From the NCBI GenBank assembly GCA_001643675.2, contig LSRY02000027.1, positions 1,240,001 through 1,304,000 on the forward strand: 64,000 nucleotides of DNA, given 5' to 3'. Positions 51,216 to 64,000 of this stretch are shown piece after piece. Source of the DNA: Monocercomonoides exilis PA203 (lineage: Eukaryota; Protista; Preaxostyla). Each line of letters starts with the position of its first letter. The first letter of the stretch is position 1. The translations under genes and the position numbers were made by a program. A model generated the notes under the pieces. It made no database searches, was not told the origin of the DNA, and worked only from the letters and a program-made list of their open reading frames with translations.

Positions 51216-53560
51216 TCAGCAGTTGAAAGAGAAGTTAGATGATAATTTGAATGAGGAAACTGATAAAAAATAAGTGGAAAGAATTAAAAGAGAAAGAGAA
51301 GAAAAGGAGAGAAAAATCAAAGAATAAGAAGAGAAAAGAAAGAAAGAAGAGAGGAAGGAGAGATGAAAAAGATGAAGAAAAATAGGAATAAGAGAAAATA
51401 GAAGAGGAAGAAGAGGAAGAAGAGGAAGATGTAGATGAAGAGGAAGAGGAAGAAGAAGAGGAAGAAGAAGAGGATTTGCCATCTAATTCATTCTCCTTCC
51501 ATCCTTTATCAATCGGAGACTGCTTCTCCTCTGATGAGTGTGGAAACAAAATTGAGTCATACACTCTTGACTGCACGGATGAAGCAGACTTTTCAGATGG
51601 CTCAATAGCACTCGAAATTGATGGTACTGAAGGAGATGAGCTGTCAATCGTTGAAGTCGTAGGGTCTTCCGTCTGAAACTGAGGAAACGAAAGAACAGGA
51701 CTCAACAATGAAGAGGAAAATCTTTTGTCATTCGGAGACGATGTTGTCTTTGTGCAGACTTTCTTCGAGCCAATAGAAGTTGGCTGAATATTCGACAACT
51801 CTGAAGGGAAGAAATTGATGTAATCAATGTTTGAGCCACACTCCTGTGCTCTGGCAGCACTCTCTCAAACGAGAAGGCGGAAATGATTTTAAATCACTGT
51901 TGAACAGAGTTTCGAGCGAATGCACCTCTCCTGATGGATGCAAAACTTTGTTCGTAGGAGAGTTTTTGTTTGAGGCAAGAGAGTGCAGCGAGGAAGGAGG
52001 AGTCGCAATCGCGCTTGACGGAGAACATGCCAGCAACAGCGGAGATGCTGACATGGAAGGGCTCAGCGATGATCCCCGTGCATTACACAAATTCTGTATG
52101 CTCAACTTTTTGCTCAATACATTCGAAGAAAAAGAAGACGAAGACAAAAGAAGATTGCAAAGCGATGCTGAAGTAGAATAATTCGAGAGGGGGGTGTTTG
52201 GTTGCAATGATATGCCCGACTGCAAAGGCGATTACATTTGCAAAAGAAGAAACAATGTTTTTGGTAATGCTGCTTCTGCTGCTCTCAGATTGTCAATGGT
52301 GGAGTTCGACTGGCTCTTTTGCTTTGGCAAAGGAAGCAAGCTCAAAGTCGAGTTTGGTGAATGTGTTTGCGAAGTGGATGGTGTTGCTGGATTTACTGGT
52401 GTTGCTGGGGAAGTTGGTGCTGATGAATGAAGAGATATTTGAGGAGTTGTTTTTGAGGCTGTTTGATGTGTTCCCTGAGGAGATGGCCTCTCTGATCCTG
52501 TGAAACTTCTGCTGCCTGAAGCATTCGGAGACTGTGTGCTATCATTTCCTTTTCTATTATCCAAGAAACGCTTTGATTCAAAAACATTTATTAGATCAGA
52601 TGATTGCCAAACTACATATGAATTAATCATTGGATCATTTATCATGATTTTCTTTTTCCCTCTTTTCTTTTTCTGCTTTTTCTTCTTTGTCGGCTTTGCT
52701 TTTCTGCATCCTTTTCCCGATGCACTATTCACACTTTCTGTGCAACCTGAAGGAGAAGAAGACGCAGCTATCGCTATAAAAAAATGTCTATGGTTGAAAA
52801 ATTGATTCAATTTTTGAAGGAGATTGCTGACACGAAGGAAATGAAGAAAATGAAGATGAAGCAGAAGAAGCAGACAATGATGTTGGAGATGTGTGCGGTT
52901 GATGCGATTTGGAATCAGATGTGGATGAGATGGATGTTTGGACTGCCGAAGACTCAGCTGAAGAATGATTTAACTCTTAAGCTGATGAGTTTGATAGAGT
53001 TGTGTTTTGTTAGGATTTCTCTGTGCTTCGCATCTGCTCAGTGCTGCCATCGCTTTGTGGATGGTAAGACAGAGTGCAACCATTTTTGTGTTCTTCCTCA
53101 TCCATCCGCACATTGAACAGCTCATCCACAAAATTCAAATGAAAAATTGGATCTCTTGCACTTTGCCCAACTCCTCATCATCAAATGCCCCTCCAGCTGA
53201 CATTCCATCTTGCTCCATATCTGCTCTTTCATCTCTTTTCTCCCTATTACACTTCAAACAATCAATGTTCTTTGAAAACGAAGAAGACGATGATGCAGAT
53301 GATGAAGATGACGACTGGTTCAAAAGAGATTCCAACTTCTGACTGGTTTCATCGCACTTCCTCTTTGCTTTATGTTCTTCTCCAAATTCCTTCACGAAGT
53401 GTTCAGATTTGTCCTCCAACAAAGTTGTCTTTGTTTGCTCAGATGGCAATTGCTGCGAATCTGCCTCTTTTGCTTGTGAAGATCCCTCAGCACTTTCTCT
53501 CTTCCCATCTTAAAAAATCGAATTCTTCTCTGTTGAAATAATATATGATAGAGTCAAGCT
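51216..53560 (-). pseudogene. Decayed Ser-rich low-complexity hypothetical gene
   Basis: Chain of co-oriented ORFs 53135-53449, 52232-52810, 51824-52225 and 51235-51798 broken by stops. Confidence 0.4.
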
Positions 53561-53572
53561 TTTTCTGAGAAT

Positions 53573-56500
53573 TTAATTGTTTTTAGTCTTCAATGTTATC
53601 AAAGATGTGGATAAATTGTTAGAGGAAGAAGAAGAAGATGATGAAGATGAAGAAGAAGAAGAAGAGATGGAGGAGAAGAAAGGAGGAGGAGGAGAAGAAG
53701 AATTAGATTTGTTTTCAATTGATGTGTTTGAAGAAGTTGCAGATAAAACTTGTTTTGTTGGGAATACCATTTTCCTTCCGGCAAACTGAGTTTTGTTGTT
53801 GAACGATGAAAAAAAAGGAGAAGACAATAAAACAAAAGAAGAATCAGAAGATGTTAAACGAGATGTTGAAATTGAAGAAAAACGAGAAGAAAAAGTAGAA
53901 GAATAAGGAGAAATTGAAGAGGAATAAGAGGAAGAGGAAGAGGAAGAGGAAGAAGAAATAGAAGAATTAGAAGGAGAAGAGAAAAACGAAGGAGAAGAAA
54001 AAGATTGTGGATAAGCAGCAGAAAAAGGATGAGAGTGAGGTGAAGTCGGAGATGTTATCATTGGGCTGAGTGAGCGAGCAGATGAAGTGATTGTTGCTGG
54101 AGAAGAAAGACGAGGAAGAGGAAAAGGGAGAGGGAGAGGTAGAAGAAAAGGGTAAGAAGGAGAAGAAGAGGAAGAAGAGGAAGAAGAAAAAGAGAATGAT
54201 TCGTTGCATTCACTGAATCTGTGAATGACGAAGAAGAAGGAGATGATGAAGATGAAGAAGGTGAAGAGGAGGAAGAAGAAGAAGAAAAAGATGGAGAGGA
54301 AGAAGAAATGGAAGAAGTTTTTAAAAGAGCAGTCAATGCAATGAGTGGTTGAAGTGCTCGTTCATTGAATGAAGAAGACTGTTTTCGTGTGGAAGATGAA
54401 GAAGGTGCAAAATTAGATTATGCTTCATTTTCTTTTAATGAAGAAGAAGAAGATGATGATGATGATGCTGATGACAATGATGAAGCTGTTGTTGTTGTTG
54501 GATGAGAAAAGAAGGATATCTGACCGAGTGAAATTGTATTCACAATCATCGCCTTTATGCTAACTTCAGCTGTTTGTGACAAAGCAAAAAGAGAAACAGA
54601 AAACTCAAAGTTACTAAAGGAAACATCATCCACAATCACTTTTCCACTCGGTAAAGCAACCAAAGAGAAAGAAACAGCTGTGCCGAAATCAGTCTGCTTG
54701 GCAAAACTGCAATGAGAAAGAGTTAATTCACTAGCAGTAGTGGTGGATAAGATCAGCACATTCACAAAATTCACAAAAAAAGCAGGAAGTGTATATGAAA
54801 TCTGCTCAAACTTAAGTGATCCAACTGTCTCCATTACAATTCCCGTGGAAGAAGAAATCGAATCATTCAGAATTAAACCTGCCTTCACAATCACAGCTTC
54901 TCCTCCTTCACTTCCTTCTCCTGTCTTTTCCACCTCGCTCTTCACCACACGCTGATCCATCTCCGCTTCTACCTCCAGCGGTGAATAGCCCGTCAGCACA
55001 ACCGTCCTTTCTCCTTTTCTCCCAAACAGAGAAAGCGCATAATCAACAGATAGGCACTGCACCGTGTCTCCACAGAACACCCCGTTTGTCCTGCTTTCCC
55101 CGTTGATTGCGAGTGAATGCAGATTCAGCCCAATGATGAAGATAAACAAGTCAGTATTTACTGTGAATCCTGCTCGATCGATTCCAATTAGAGAATTTGC
55201 TCTTTGTTCTTCGTCGATGTCTAAAGCGAAGGCGAATGAGGTGCTGCTGACTCTTGTTGTCAAGTCAGCAAACGACAAAAACAGGTCTTTCCCTGCAAAT
55301 GCATTGTTTGACAAGAAAGTTTTCCCACTCAGTGCAAAATCATCGTTGTTTGTTGGACAAATCAGTTATAAAAATCCTCATTTTCCTTCATATTCGGTTT
55401 CGCATGTGCATCCGGATGTTGTAGTAGTGCCATTCACAACAAGAGCTCCTGTTTCAGAAAGAGAAATTAATAACGCACACCCATTTGTGCTTAAAATGGA
55501 AGAAGAGGAGGTTATATCGCAGGAGTCAATGCAAAGAGCTGTTGAGAGCTGAGAAGAAGAAAAAAAAAAGAAGAGGAAGAAGATAAAAGCGCTTCCTTGT
55601 TAATACCAACAACACTTATATCAGAGAAGCTGCATGATTCGAGAGTGAATGATGGTGCAACTGCGTTTGAAAGAGAATTTGAGTTAGAAATAGAAGAAGA
55701 TAAAGGTAAAGATAAAGAGGAAGAAGTTGTAGTTGTTGAAGCAGATGTTAAGCTAAATTGCTGTTCAGCACTCAACGTCACTTTCGATACAATAAATGAG
55801 TTTAGTGTAATTTCAGCTAACTGACTAAACAAAAACGGCTGAGATTCAAATGAAGCAAGAGTCAGATAGCAATTGTTGATTTCGAACTTGCCGGCATCCA
55901 CTAAAACCAACGAAAAAGTGATGGGAACGGAATTTTGAGGGGAAAACTCGCAATCTCAGAAGGAAAGCACAGCATCTTCTGTTGATGAAGCAACAAAAAC
56001 TGCTTCTTCTGTTGTAAAAGACGAAGGAAGAGACAAAACAATCCTTGCAAATGACAAGGAATTTGTGGTTGTCAGCACATTTGTGTGTGAATCACCAGAA
56101 AATTCAGCTTTGAACGAAAGAGTGCATTTGGCGCTCGCGTCACTGGAAGCCACGGAGCAGAGCGGCAAGTCAAACGAGTCTTCGATTTCTGCATTGCCAA
56201 TGATGGATACTTGTATTGTGGTGTCAGAAGTCATATCAGTGTTCTGCATGCCCTGCCAGAATGAATAGCACAAACCTTCTTTGCTTCCACAGCCAATTAT
56301 ATCCGCTGCAGAAGAAGAAGAAAAAAAAAACAAAAACAGAAGTCTCTTTCCTCAGCACAATGAACAAAAGCTGGCTTTTCTCTGAAAGTTCCGTGTCGCT
56401 GCAAACAAAAGCGTTTCTTTGGGTCGAAAATTCCGTCAAGTCAAAATTCAAGTGTTCCGTAGAAATCGTCCCGTTCACCCCAGACGATAAAACAAACAGA

Positions 56501-56690
56501 TTCGTCCCAATGAAAGCAGAGCAATCTGTGAATGAAACCTCTTTCTGCTCAAAGTCATGTGTTCCCGCTGAGCAGTCAATGAAAACACTGTCTCATTTTC
56601 CTTCTGTTGCTTCTAACGAGTAGCTGCGAAGGAGATAACAGCATCATTTATGTTTAATGGCAGAGAAGTGAATTGGGTGTACCTTTTAAA
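53573..56690 (-). pseudogene. Beta-helix/pectin-lyase-fold-like surface-protein family pseudogene
   Basis: Repeated modules (AADIIGCGSKEGLCYSF; NGVFCGDTVQCLSVDYAL; SNNAFAGKDLF; LTLSHCSF, FTLESCSF) across ORFs 55956-56333, 55512-55910 and 54418-55314, with stops and frameshifts. Confidence 0.5.
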
Positions 56691-56880
56691 GAATCTAACA
56701 TAAGAAGAAAAATTAAATTAATTATTGAGTAATGCATAAATTGATTTTTCCAAAAAAGAAGTCTTTCATAAGATAATCAAATTTTATTTTTCTTACCATA
56801 AACCCATTTCAAATATCAAATTTTTTGTTGATCTGCAATTTGCAGAAATGATTATTTTTTAATTGTTTATGGTAAAAATT

Positions 56881-57363
56881 GGCAAGATGCTACTTTAAGG
56901 GTACCCGATTTTTTCGTTAAATCCATGAATAAATAGCTTAAAAATGCAATGTAGAGATATTACAAATATATTAGGTTTATAATAACCAATTGATCAAAAC
57001 TAAAAATGATTGAATGTTTTTTTATTATAATCTTGAGTTTTACGAGACTTTTTTCAAACTTCATTTAAATACGTAAATTGAGTTATTTTTAACCCAAACA
57101 ATTGGAAATAGCAATAATATTCGAAATTCAAAACCTAAAAATGTATTTTCATTGTTTTTTGATGAATTTATCAAAAAAAATTATTCAAGATTTCAATAAG
57201 GGGACAGTTGTTTTTGAGAACGAAAACACTTAAAAAGAAAAATGATAAATAAAACATATAGCCAACACCAAAGAGTGTTAATGAAAGTTCACTTGAAAAC
57301 ATTAAGCCTTTTCATAAAGGTTATTTTTAATTTTTTTAGGTACCCTTAAAGAAGCCCTTTGCC
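56881..57363. mobile_element. 483-bp MITE with 25-bp GGCAA-type TIRs
   Basis: GGCAAGATGCTACTTTAAGGGTACC ... GGTACCCTTAAAGAAGCCCTTTGCC; flanks TAAAAATT / TTAAAATT (7/8). Confidence 0.65.
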
Positions 57364-60300
57364 TTAAAATTTTATAAAGAAGTGATTAATAAGCATTAAA
57401 ACGATTTCTGCAAATTTCCAAGTAATAAAAATCTTTGATTGATCGAAAAGATCAAATAAAACATTTGGGGCAAAATTTTTTCATTTATAAGAAAAACTAT
57501 GTTTTGTTCCAAACTTATTCTGCAATTATATCACAATGTTTATAACATTTATAAACAAAAAGAGAAATTAAGAGTTGTTCCATAATATATATATTTTTTG
57601 AGTTTTGTGAACAAATGCTGTTTTTGTGGAAATATCCGGAGAATATCGTGGAAAGTTTGACTTTGATAACAGATTTTATTAAAAAAAAAATATAATGAAT
57701 AGGTATAGAACTTATATAGAATTGCCAATACTGCTCATGAAGATATGATATTATTCGAGATAATATGCACATAATAGCTGTAATTGAAAAAGAAATAGTT
57801 TCTCATTCAAAAAGAAAATTGAAGTTGAAGAAGATTTTAAAGTGGAAATAGGTATTGCATTGTTCAAAAAGAGAAAAGAAGAAGAATATGTTTTCGTGAG
57901 TATCTCTGTTTCAAAATCATATATATAATGTTCTATTATACCTTCAACAAACACTTCGAAAAGTGTTGATGTGTGTTGGAGACAACAGCGGACTGAAGAT
58001 TGAAACAGTGAGGATATACATTTGATGACCATTGCAAGCCCTTTTGCACACTTTCTTCATAAGATTAATACCTAGAGATGTGATGCCTTTCAACATGTGA
58101 ATGCCACAATCAAAAAGAAGAAAGATCTCGTTTCAAACAACTCTCATTGCTTGGTATTTTTCTCTTTTACCAATAATTTTCTTAACACCTCAAACCTTGG
58201 ATTAACATTAGGAGGGTCTGGAAGAGAGGCTTCTCTATCCGCTGCCTGTTTTATTGGTGCTTTTCAGTCTCAGTCCAAAAATGAGTGAAATTCCGGGCGC
58301 CACAAAGCTTCAAGCTTTTATCTGTGAGGAAAAGCGATACTGGGTTATGTGATGAATCAAAAGGCAGATATCGAGGAGATGGGGTATTTGGCCTTTCACC
58401 TGGTGAATGAGCGAGCTATGTTTCAAGTGAGGAAAAACAAAGAGATACTCTTATTAATTCTGAAGGCAAAGTGAGCACATGGAATAAACCAAGGAATGAA
58501 TAAGACGGGCTAAAAGGAGACAGACACATTCACAACAGCATGAATTTTTTGATCACATTTTTGATCCAGTCATGAAGATCAAGATCACAAATGTGGTTGC
58601 CTATTCGCTCACTGCACTACCAATCTGCAAGATGTTATTTGATGCAGCGCATTCTTTTCTTCTCTCAATGTCGTCTAGTGGAAAGCTCCTCTGATACGAC
58701 AAGCAAGCAGATCAAAGAAGACGAGCTACTGCTGAGCGATCTAGCATCAATTATAGATTGCTGCCTATCGCTCAATCCATGCAAGCTCATGAAAACTGAA
58801 GAGGTAGTATTCCACGCGTTTTGGTAAAAAATAGCAAAGCAACAGTCAACTCAGCAGAAGACTGCAAAAAAGACGGCTTACGGATCAGAATATTCTTCGA
58901 CCTCACACAGTTTGTCTTCTTTTTTGTCTTGTTATTATCTTCATCTTATTCCTGTTCCTCTTTTTCTTCGAATTTTGCAAATTTATCAAATTCTTGATTA
59001 TTTCTCGAGCATTCAGCTAGCAACAGACTTTGCTTCTCCTCTTCAATACCACAACAATCGTCGCTTTCTTTTTCCTCCCATTCCTTCTCCATTATATTCC
59101 AATATTCCATTTCATTATTTCTCGAATCTTTGTCTTATTGACCGTCCAATCGAATGTTTCTGGCAATGGATGTTTATTCTATAGTTATCACTTCAATGAT
59201 CTATGTGGAAATAATGCAATATTCGAACAGATCATGTTACGACTCTGTTATGAAGAAATGGATTATTTTCACATTGGAAGTGAAAAGGCACCTCAAACAA
59301 ACAGTGGGAGAAAGAAACAGAACTGTAAATGAAACGAACACTTGTGATAAAAGTATTGTTGATAGTAACAGAAAGAGAACAAAAGATAAAATCAAAAAGG
59401 TTAACAACACATATCCAGGTCTTCATTCTTCATCTTCAATTATCTCTCTAACCACTTGCAGAAGAGGCGCGCTTTGTGCAGCTTATCTTGAAAAGGCCAA
59501 CCTATTAACGATAGCTGGATTTGTTGTATCAAATCTTCCATCTGCCCTGAACAAATTCCATTTGATTGGAGAGCTGAAGCAGTACAGCGGGAAGAGAATG
59601 AGGATTATCTTGTTCCTTTTTTTTTCGACAGAATAAAAAAAATAAAAGACTATCGTTCGCAGCAGCTTGTGCAGAAGATCTTATAATGTAACAGAGCATC
59701 GCAGTTGTTCATCGCTTCAATTACACTATTCAAACTCTTTCGTTTTTTATTTTCAAAAAATCAAATCTGAATCTGAAGGTTTTCAAATACTGGATTGTTG
59801 TTTTAAATTTTGAATGTGCTTTTCTATAAATTTTGATTGAAAATTTTTTGTTTACGAATTTCGTTCTCCTATGAGTGAATAAGTATTGTTTTCCAAATTT
59901 TGCACATTTTGTTTCAAACTTTTCAGATTGACATTTATGAATAAATAACTGTACTGAAAGAGGAAATAAAAATTTTTTAAGCATTAAAATAAGTGAAAGT
60001 TAATTCAGTTTTCAAAGATGAATGAGGTGAAAAGACAAAATTTCTTTGAATAAAAAAGTGATATTTGCAACAAAAAAAAAATAAACAGAAAAAATTTCAA
60101 CATTAATGAACAAAAAACATTTATCTCTTGCCGATACGTGCAATGGTTCAATCCTTCATAATCCTCATGTGCTTTTTCTATCTTTTCACATTACTTCATT
60201 TTTATTGATTTTGAAAAAGCTTCATTGTTTCACAGTCTCGTTGTTTGTGTTTCCTTTCACTCATCTTGAAGTTGTCAAACAGAACCAAAACAATCAAACT

Positions 60301-60971
60301 TTGTTCCATTCCCCTATGTTGATTGTATCAATTTATCTGAACACAGATCGAAAAAATTTCCTTTTTCCAATGCTTCAATTCCTCCATTTTCCCGTTCTTC
60401 CAGTTCGAATCTTGAATTTCTCACGAAATGAATCCGTTCACAATCACTTATTCCAATTTTTAATCGTCGAATTTGTTTTTAATCAAAAACTGAAAAGCAG
60501 ACTGATTCATAAGTTTTGACGTTGTTTAAAATCTATAATATAGACTGATATCTTATTAATCATCCATGGAAAGTTCTTGTCCAATTTTCAATTTTTGAAT
60601 GAACATAAACAATAAAACACTCATTTATTGCAAAACAAAAAATCACACATCAAATTGTTAAATGTTGCACAACCCAAGTCAAGTTATTAACTCTTCATTT
60701 GAAGCTTCAAAATGTTTCTCCTTGTTCATCATTGCTTTTTTTTAAAGATTAGCAAATTGAAAATGATTGTTCAGTTATATTTCAGAAAAACGAAAAACAA
60801 AACGCATTCGCATGTATCAAAGAGATAAATTTTGATATTTAATTTGTTCCTCGCAAATATTTCTTCTTGATTTATCAGTTGCGGTGTTTTATCAACATAT
60901 TTCATTCTTTTTCATTTTGCCCTTAATTTATCCTTTTCACTACCATTACAAAAGAAAAAAGATCCGTTGAA

Positions 60972-63855
60972 ATGAATTGCTATTCTGACGCTCCGCGTTC
61001 GACAAAAAGTCGACATGCATCTCAAATAGATGAATATCTGTTTGAGCTATCTCTAAAGGACCCAAAAGGGTGCTTATTTTCTTTCTTGTTTCACAGCAAT
61101 AAAGGAAAACCCTTTCTTTCAGTGCTCGAGGCTCATTTTGATGGTTTGTCCTCTCTTTATTTAAACAAATATCTTATTGCTTTGTGATGTTTTCATGTCT
61201 ATTTTGTTTAAATTTTTAATAAATAATTGCATTTGGGGATGCGATTCTCTCTTTAGTGTTGTTTTTTGTTTGATTCTTTTTGTTGCTATTTTTTTATTGT
61301 GAAAACTTCATGAGAAATTTTCGTTGATTAATAAGAAATTATTTTCATTATTTATTTCTTGTTATTAATCATCTTGATTATTTTTTTTTCATTTATTATT
61401 ATACATTTTATTTTGTTATCGTATGAAAGTCATAAATGAAAATGACCTTTCAATGTTTGTTTGCTTTTTGAAGAACACTTCTTGAATGTTGTTTGAGAAA
61501 AAGATGTTAATGTTATCATTTTTTTTTGAAAAATGTTCTTTTCTAATTTAAAAGATAGCACCCCAATGCAATTATTTGAAAAAATTAACAAAATTCACAA
61601 AAAAACTTCACTAAAAAGAAAAGCTAAACAAAATCATAGCAAACTTGTCTCGATTATACTAAACACTTCAGAGAAACGACAAGGTTTCTCTTCTATCCTC
61701 GGTTTCTTCTGAGATTTCTTTGAAAGATCTCAGAAGATTTGGCTGGGACGTTTCCAATGGAGAATATTTCTACTCCAGAGAAAAGCAATCAAAAAACCAG
61801 AACCAAAAAAATTCAGTGACAAACAAAATGAACCGAGCAATGAAATGTTTGATAATAATATTTAAACTTTATTTATGTTCAATTTTCTATAGCAAACGAG
61901 CAGTTTCATAAAGCTGAAAACTGGCTCTTGAAAAATTGTTCTGCCAGTTGTTCCAATGGAAGACGATTAAAAAAGAGTTTGATTCAAATATTCCTATTCT
62001 CAAGCTTTATTCGAATGAAATGTTGATGAATTGAATAATAATTATTCTTTTCTATTAAGGAAAAAGTGAAATGCGCACAAAGTCCATCTTTTCTTCGGCT
62101 GGTCCTTTGCCTCCAGAAAACGAAGGAGATGATGTAATGCAACGATCTAATGTCGAAGCATGCTCGTCCATCGATGGATGTACATCATCGGAGTATGGAT
62201 CTTCAATTGAAACATCAAACGTTTCAATAAAACCCCCAGATGATCAGGGAAAAAAGCAAGAATTGAAAAAAACAAAAGATGAAGAAAAAGAAGAAAAAAA
62301 AATAAAAAAGATTATAATGAAAATTATACACACAAAATAAATAATCCAAGAAAACAAACATATCAAATTTCAATAGCAAATTTGATTGACAAGGTCTCCA
62401 ATGTGCTTGTCGAAGAAAATAGTTCAGAATCTGAAATGGAGGAATGTGAAAGAGAAAAAATGTTTTTTGGAAACAAGACAAATTCAAATAACAAAGAAAT
62501 AGAAATATCTGAAGAAGAAAAAGAAAAAGAAGACAAAGAAAAAGTTGAAATAAAAATTAAAAGAAATGATAACGGTTGTATCAATAACAGTATTTTTTCT
62601 TGTAATGAAAAAAAAATTATTGAGAAAACCAAGAAAGAATTATTTAATGAAATGAAGAAAGAAGTAGAAGTCAAGATGTCATATTCGACATTTTGCAAGA
62701 AAACAAAAAATTTTATAAAATCAAAGAAAAGGACTGATTTATGTGAAATCTGTGAAAGAGGAAAATATCTAGAAAAGAAAAAATTAGAAACGGAAAGAAA
62801 CGAAAAAGAAATAGGCCAAAAAGAAAATGATGAATTGAATTTAATAATTCAGCATAAAAAAATGGCCCAACATCAAAGAAATTATTTTTATGAAAAGAAA
62901 GAAAAGCTGAAAAAAGATGAAGTGATTATTATCATGGATTTTAAAGAAAATTGGTGTTTGCCAATTTCCAATAACGAAACGGGAAGATCTTTCTTCAATA
63001 AAAAAACAAATTTCACATTAATGTTTTGTTGTTTATTATCTTGATTGTTTTGGAGCTTTACAAAAATGTTGTTTCAATTTTTTTTCAGAAATTTTATCTC
63101 ATGATTATCTTTTTGTTTTGGAGTGTTTGAATAAGTTATTACGTTTCGATATTTTTTCCAATATTTATTCTTTCCATTTTTTCTGTGATAATGGTCCTCA
63201 TTTTCGTAATTCACAAATTTTTCATTCATCGTTTTCTCCTAATTCTTTGTTGTTCTTTAATAAACACTGCTCACTTTCATTCTTTGCCGAACACCATGGA
63301 AAGAATGATTGTGACAGTGAATTTGGTTATTTAACACAATTATTGAACAATAATCTAGGAGATCGTACTTTAAATAATGTGTTCGATCTCATAGATTTTT
63401 TTTGTTCACAGTGTAATTCTTATCTTTTTGGTTCTCATGATTCAAATTCTCCAATTTTTGTTTCTTCTTTTATATCTGATATATCTAATAATTTATTAGG
63501 GCGAATGAATGAAGTTTCAGATTCTAGCGAGCAGAAAGAAAAACAGAACAAGACAAAGCACTTCTTTTTGATGTTTGATCTTTAATTTTTATTTTTTTTT
63601 CTAATGATTTTAATTGAACTTTTTTCTAAAATGTTTTCTTTTTCATTTTCTAGGCATGAAGAGTTACCGAATAAATGTTGGAATAAATTAATTATTAATG
63701 GAATGAAACAATACTTATTTTTCGAATCGAATGGCGACAAAGTGCTCGCATCTCCGCTGAGTTGCAACGAAAAGGTTTGTATGAAAGAGTTATCATTTAA
63801 AATAGAAATGAATTTGGATGAGAAGAAAAGAAAAGTTTATAAAAGAGTAATTTAA
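60972..63855 (+). pseudogene. Sola-like DD41D transposase pseudogene lacking the USP domain (paralog of 21374-25209)
   Basis: KKRTDLCEICE, IMDFKENWCLP, FNFFSEILSHD, FFCDNGPHFRN, FFAEHHGKNDCDSEFG, MKQYLFFE. Upstream exon LKDLRRFGWDVSNGEYFYS matches LSELLDYGFDITEGKYNYA. Frameshift near 63005 and several stops. Confidence 0.85.
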
Positions 63856-64000
63856 ACAAATAATGAAATAGAAGAAAATGAAAGTTTAAATATAAAGAAA
63901 AGGGTTATAAACGGACTTGAAAAAAGAATAGAGTTAATAAATAGTTTTTCCACAATTTATTTTTCAGAAATACTCAGAAACTGACAGGTATGCTTTTTTT

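Larger units (their letters stand above)
47711..64000 (+). mobile_element. Probable second, decayed giant Sola-like element (left end only; right end outside the window)
   Basis: ATTT|GGATGATTTTTTTGTTATCATGAAAAAAGATCATAAAT resembles the 4739 end GGGTGATTTTTTTTGACATCATAAAAAAAGATCAAAAAT. It is followed by a minus-strand USP gene and a plus-strand Sola-like transposase, the same order as element 1. Confidence 0.5.

Noticed and set aside
57751-58110. KGL...RCCLQH (MULE-like) or DCGIHML (Ulp1-like) motifs on the minus strand
   Set aside because: Isolated words in different frames with no supporting catalytic context.
1-64000. Reassigned stop codons (TAR=Gln or TGA=Trp) explaining the broken ORFs
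   Set aside because: All three stop types plus frameshifts occur, stops fall where Gly, Leu or Glu is expected, and the intact 1074-codon ORF has no internal stops.

Overview
AT-rich eukaryotic DNA (GT-AG introns, Ser/Glu low-complexity ORFs, standard code; the style resembles oxymonads such as Monocercomonoides, which is inference only). The window is mostly transposons and decayed genes. Main result: a ~28.7-kb DNA transposon at 4739-33429, bounded by 28-bp GGGTGA...TCACCC terminal inverted repeats (TIRs, 1 mismatch) and a 4-bp ATGT target-site duplication (TSD). It is inserted at the 3' end of a Tc1/IS630 pseudogene. It carries (i) an intact 3-exon gene fusing a USP (peptidase C19) deubiquitinase domain to a Sola-like DD41D transposase, (ii) a divergent, intact 4-exon USP-only gene, (iii) a structured-RNA-like segment right after the transposase stop, (iv) decayed host-gene fragments and (v) a near-perfect ~4.9-kb internal inverted duplication. 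A second, decayed element with the same layout (left end, minus-strand USP, cargo, plus-strand Sola-like transposase) appears to start at 47711 and run off the window. Four ~255-bp MITEs share the same TIR type and have 4-bp TSDs. Also present: a truncated DIRS retroelement, a pogo/Fot1-like DD35D pseudogene, two related foldback elements with GGCATAGG ends, and a beta-helix-type surface-protein pseudogene. All family assignments come from motif recognition by eye; no database searches were run.
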